Shown here: piece after piece, positions 60,636 through 63,747 of the stretch
How positions within the stretch are numbered: position 1 is the first letter of the stretch
Layout: the number at the start of each line of letters is the position of its first letter
Program-made: the position numbers and the translations under genes
The notes under the pieces: model-generated
Told to the model about the DNA's origin: nothing
Seen by the model: the letters and a program-made list of their open reading frames with translations, nothing else
Databases searched by the model: none
NCBI GenBank assembly: GCA_963840455.1
Contig: CAWIYV010000012.1
Location: forward strand, 1 to 63,747
Reading direction: 5' to 3'
DNA: 63,747 nt
Source of the DNA: Nitrospirota bacterium
Lineage (GTDB): Bacteria; Nitrospirota; UBA9217

Positions 60636-61001
60636 TTAGTCCGTTGCTCGTTGCTCTTTACACCATGCGCGGGCCAGAAGAAACGTCAATAGTGCGTGAA
60701 GCGCCACCGTAGGCCACAACAGCATTCCTACCCGCTGACCTTCAATACCCAGATAGGCAAGATAAAGCGTGACGAGGGCGCTGTAAGTCAGCATGCCCCA
60801 AAGCGCCTGCGCCGCACCGCTGATCGGCCAGCAGGCCACTCCGAAGGCGATCAGGGCGATCCCGGCCACGCGGCTCATCACGACACCCGCGTCTGCGATC
60901 CGGGCATTGAACAACAGCCGGACCACGATCGACGGATACACCAGCAGGACCAGGCCCAAGCCCGCTTCGCCCGCAGCAGTAAATGTAAGTAATTTTTTCA
61001 T
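60636..61001 (-). CDS. Small 4-TM hypothetical membrane protein
   Basis: Start MKKLLTF, four hydrophobic segments, G.LLWP.VALH motif. Confidence 0.72.
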   Translation of the reverse strand: MKKLLTFTAAGEAGLGLVLLVYPSIVVRLLFNARIADAGVVMSRVAGIALIAFGVACWPISGAAQALWGMLTYSALVTLYLAYLGIEGQRVGMLLWPTVALHALLTFLLARAWCKEQRATD

Positions 61002-61056
61002 CGTGCTTTCCTTCGCTTGCCATGATCCTCGTTCCATCCTGACGAGCACACGTTTC

Positions 61057-63504
61057 TTAATCCGACATCGCCTTTTTCTTTGCCGTTTCCTTCTGGCCCT
61101 TCTCCGCCTCAGCCTTGTCGGTCGCCTTCATCGGTTTGACCTCGACGGTCACCTTCGTGATATGGCCCGTGAATTTCGACTTCGCTTCCGACCCGATCGC
61201 CTCGACCACCGGCGTGCCAAGGTCGATGCCCACGTCTGCTGTCTCGTCCGCCGAGAAGATCCCGGCCTGGGTATGTTCGATCCGTCCTTCGGCAACCTTC
61301 TCATTGTTCACGAAGAGGGTGCCGGTGCCGCCCTTGCCGGGTCCGCCTCCGTCATAGGCGAAGTCGAACTTGATCGTATTCTTGCCGGGTGCAAGTTTCT
61401 TGGTCGAGGCGATCGTTGTGTGCTGGAGACCAAGGAAGTTGTAATCGTACGCGGGAACTCCGTCCTTCACGTAGAGCGCCCAGCCGCCGAAGCGGCCGCC
61501 CTGCACCAGGATCGCGCCGTTCGCGCCTCCTGCAGGCACCTCGATCTCCGCAGTGATGGTTTTGGACTTGTTCTTCACGTTGATGAATACATTCTCCATC
61601 ATACCGGTCATGCCCTCGGCGAGCGCGAGCGAGGTCCGGTCGCCCATCAGTTCAGGGCGATGCACCATTTTGGCGCTCATACGCTCAAGCACGCGGTCGT
61701 CGATGGGCAGCACATGGTGCTCCTCGGCCTCTTTCATGAACAGTGCCTGCATCTCCGCAAGCTTCTTCGGGTTCTTTGCAGCCAGGTCATTGGAGAGGCT
61801 GAAATCGGAGCGTATGTCATAAAGCTCCCACACATCCTTATCGAGGGTCGCACGCGGCTTGTACTCCCACGGCGCCCTGTGTATGACGCGGGCCATCCAG
61901 CCGTCGTGGTAGATGGCCCGGTTGCCGGCGATCTCGAAGTACTGCGTGGTATGGCGCTCCTTTGCCTTGGCATCCTCGAAGGTGTAGACCATGCTCACGC
62001 CTTCCATCGGTATCTGCGGCGTGCCGTCGACCACCTTCGGCTCGGGCAGTTTTGCCGCCTCAAGTATCGTCGGCGCCACGTCGATCACGTGCGTGAACTG
62101 GCTGCGCATCTCGTTTTTCGCCTTGATCCCCTTGGGCCAGTAGACGACCATCCCGTTCCGCGTGCCGCCGAAGTCCGAGGCGACCTGCTTGGTCCAGGTG
62201 AACGGCGAGTCCATAGCGACTGCCCAGCCCGAGGCATAGTGCGGGTAGGTCTCGGGACCGCCCCACTTGTCCGCCAGCTTCAGCATGTCGGCAACCTTCT
62301 CCGGAACTGCGTTGAAGTAGGTATACTCGTTGAACATGCCGTTTTCGCCTCCTTCGGCACTGGCGCCGTTGTCTCCGGCAATGTAAAAGACAAGGGTATT
62401 GTCTGCCTGACCAGCCTCTTCGACAGCCTTGAGCATCCGGCCGATCTCATGATCGGTGAAGTCAAGATAGGCGGCGAACACTTCCATCTGGCGGGCATAC
62501 AGACGCTTCTCGTCGGCAGTGAGCTTATCCCAGTCCCTGATCGCAGCAGGCTTGGGCGCCAGCTTCGTGCCCGACGGGATGATCCCCGCCTTGAGCTGCC
62601 GGGCGAAGGTCTCCTCGCGCATCCTGTCCCAGCCTCCGTCGAACTTGCCCTTCCATTTGGCGATCCACTCCTGTGGTACGTGGTGCGGTGCGTGAGTGGC
62701 ACCTGGCGCGAAGTAGACAAAGAACGGCTTCTCCGGCGTCATGGCCTTCTGGTACTTGATCCAGGCCACCGCCTTGTCGGTCATATCGGTCATGAAGTGG
62801 TAGTTCGGGTCATGCGGCAGCTCGACCGGGGTGACGCCGTCGAAGATATACGGCGCCCACTGGTTCGTCTCGCCGCCGATGAATCCGTAGAACTTGTCGA
62901 AACCCTGATGAGTCGGCCAACGGTCGAAGGGTCCGGACACACTGGTCTCCCATGCCGCGGTCTCATGCCATTTGCCGAAGGCCGCGGTGCTGTAGCCGTT
63001 CAGGCGAAGCATTTCCGCCAACGGCGCAGTCGCGTTGGGGATCTGGCCTGTTGCACCGGGGAAGCCGGTCCCCATCTCGGTGATGAAACCCATGTTGACG
63101 GTGTGGTGATTGCGGCCGGACTTGAGCGCTGCACGCGTCGGCGAACACAGTGCCGTGGTATGGAAGTTGTTGTAGCGCAGGCCATCCTGCGCGAGGCGCC
63201 CGAGTGTCGGGGTGGGGATCGGGCCGCCAAAGGCATCGGTCGCGCCGAAGCCCAGATCATCGATCAGGATGATAATGACGTTCGGCGCGCCGGCAGGCGC
63301 CTTGACCTCGAAGTTCGGCGGCATCTTCGCGTTCCGTGCGTCCAGTTCTTTGTACAGCGGCCGCTTCGGTTCCTGGATCGGAAGCACCGTGCGGTCCGGC
63401 GCTGCTGTTTCGGACGACCCTTCTGCTGCGTACGAGCTGGATCCTATCACTAGAACGACCAACATAAGCAACATCATACTTACGAACTTCATGACCTGTT
63501 TCAT
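61057..63504 (-). CDS. Large arylsulfatase (AtsA-like) with C-terminal beta-sandwich extension
   Basis: PNVIIILIDDLG, LCSPTRAALKSG (CxPxR), GKWH, GATHAPH and GDNG motifs; signal peptide. Confidence 0.93.
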   Translation of the reverse strand: MKQVMKFVSMMLLMLVVLVIGSSSYAAEGSSETAAPDRTVLPIQEPKRPLYKELDARNAKMPPNFEVKAPAGAPNVIIILIDDLGFGATDAFGGPIPTPTLGRLAQDGLRYNNFHTTALCSPTRAALKSGRNHHTVNMGFITEMGTGFPGATGQIPNATAPLAEMLRLNGYSTAAFGKWHETAAWETSVSGPFDRWPTHQGFDKFYGFIGGETNQWAPYIFDGVTPVELPHDPNYHFMTDMTDKAVAWIKYQKAMTPEKPFFVYFAPGATHAPHHVPQEWIAKWKGKFDGGWDRMREETFARQLKAGIIPSGTKLAPKPAAIRDWDKLTADEKRLYARQMEVFAAYLDFTDHEIGRMLKAVEEAGQADNTLVFYIAGDNGASAEGGENGMFNEYTYFNAVPEKVADMLKLADKWGGPETYPHYASGWAVAMDSPFTWTKQVASDFGGTRNGMVVYWPKGIKAKNEMRSQFTHVIDVAPTILEAAKLPEPKVVDGTPQIPMEGVSMVYTFEDAKAKERHTTQYFEIAGNRAIYHDGWMARVIHRAPWEYKPRATLDKDVWELYDIRSDFSLSNDLAAKNPKKLAEMQALFMKEAEEHHVLPIDDRVLERMSAKMVHRPELMGDRTSLALAEGMTGMMENVFINVKNKSKTITAEIEVPAGGANGAILVQGGRFGGWALYVKDGVPAYDYNFLGLQHTTIASTKKLAPGKNTIKFDFAYDGGGPGKGGTGTLFVNNEKVAEGRIEHTQAGIFSADETADVGIDLGTPVVEAIGSEAKSKFTGHITKVTVEVKPMKATDKAEAEKGQKETAKKKAMSD

Positions 63505-63527
63505 TTTCTTTACTCCTTTCTATGAGT

Positions 63528-63690
63528 AGGGTCCAAGGATTCGGGGGTTCCAGGGTTCTAGGATTCAAGGATTCAAGTGAGAAGCGCAAATCACTCGACA
63601 CCTCGGATCTTGTTCTTTCACTCTTTTACTCGGCCCCTTGAATCCTTGGCCCCTTGAACCCTTCTTTTATTATTCCCCTCGAATCCTACC
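63528..63690. repeat. Best-preserved octamer inverted element
   Basis: GGGTCCAA GGATTCGG GGGTTCCA GGGTTCTA GGATTCAA GGATTCAA GTGA...TCACTCGACACC...CCCCTTGAATCCTTGGCCCCTTGAACCC. Confidence 0.72.
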
Positions 63691-63694
63691 ATCC

Positions 63695-63747
63695 TTATTT
63701 TGCTATTTCCTTAAGAAGCATCTCGGCGTCCTTGTACTGTGGATACT
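63695..63747 (-). CDS. 3' end of a gene cut by the window edge
   Basis: ...YPQYKDAEMLLKEIAK*; product cannot be assigned. Confidence 0.4.
   Translation of the reverse strand, partial: YPQYKDAEMLLKEIAK

Noticed and set aside
63528-63690. CRISPR array
   Set aside because: The units are 8-9 bp, tandem and inverted, with no unique spacers and no cas genes.
2909-63747. Classical integron or CALIN array
   Set aside because: Genes are co-oriented, but I saw no recurring attC-like RYYYAAC...GTTRRRY sites, and many units are multi-gene operons. IntegronFinder would settle it.
1-63747. Defence system, prophage or conjugative element
   Set aside because: No nuclease, toxin-antitoxin, phage structural, relaxase or T4SS genes were recognised.

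Overview
This is a GC-rich (roughly 60% by eye) bacterial window. It starts inside a tRNA-Ala(GGC), followed by a terminator, short direct repeats and the last 24 codons of a tyrosine integrase. After one + strand AsmA-family gene, about 45 genes run on the minus strand for about 61 kb towards the tRNA, with no recognisable regulator, transposase or intact recombinase. The cargo is mostly envelope or exported: lipoproteins, Omp85-like barrels, two patatins, an RND efflux set, NhaA, Ca/H exchanger, MscS, SulP, AI-2E, two multiheme cytochromes, four Cys-rich-repeat proteins, three sulfatases, a DszB-like protein and a glucoside/glucose-oxidation module. The main signal is architectural. Orphan 3' ends of genes whose intact copies lie upstream (234 bp of the glucosidase; 157 bp and 17 bp of the arylsulfatase) sit just after the stop codon of an unrelated gene, and a duplicated Cys-rich gene has a sharply more divergent 3' tail. 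I infer a co-oriented array that grows by integrating gene blocks through homology near gene 3' ends, an integron-like outcome without attC sites. Intergenic gaps hold several palindromic repeat families, including a 117-bp IS200/IS605-like miniature element. Six genes carry frameshifts that may be sequencing errors. All identities were counted by hand and all family calls come from motif recognition, not database searches.
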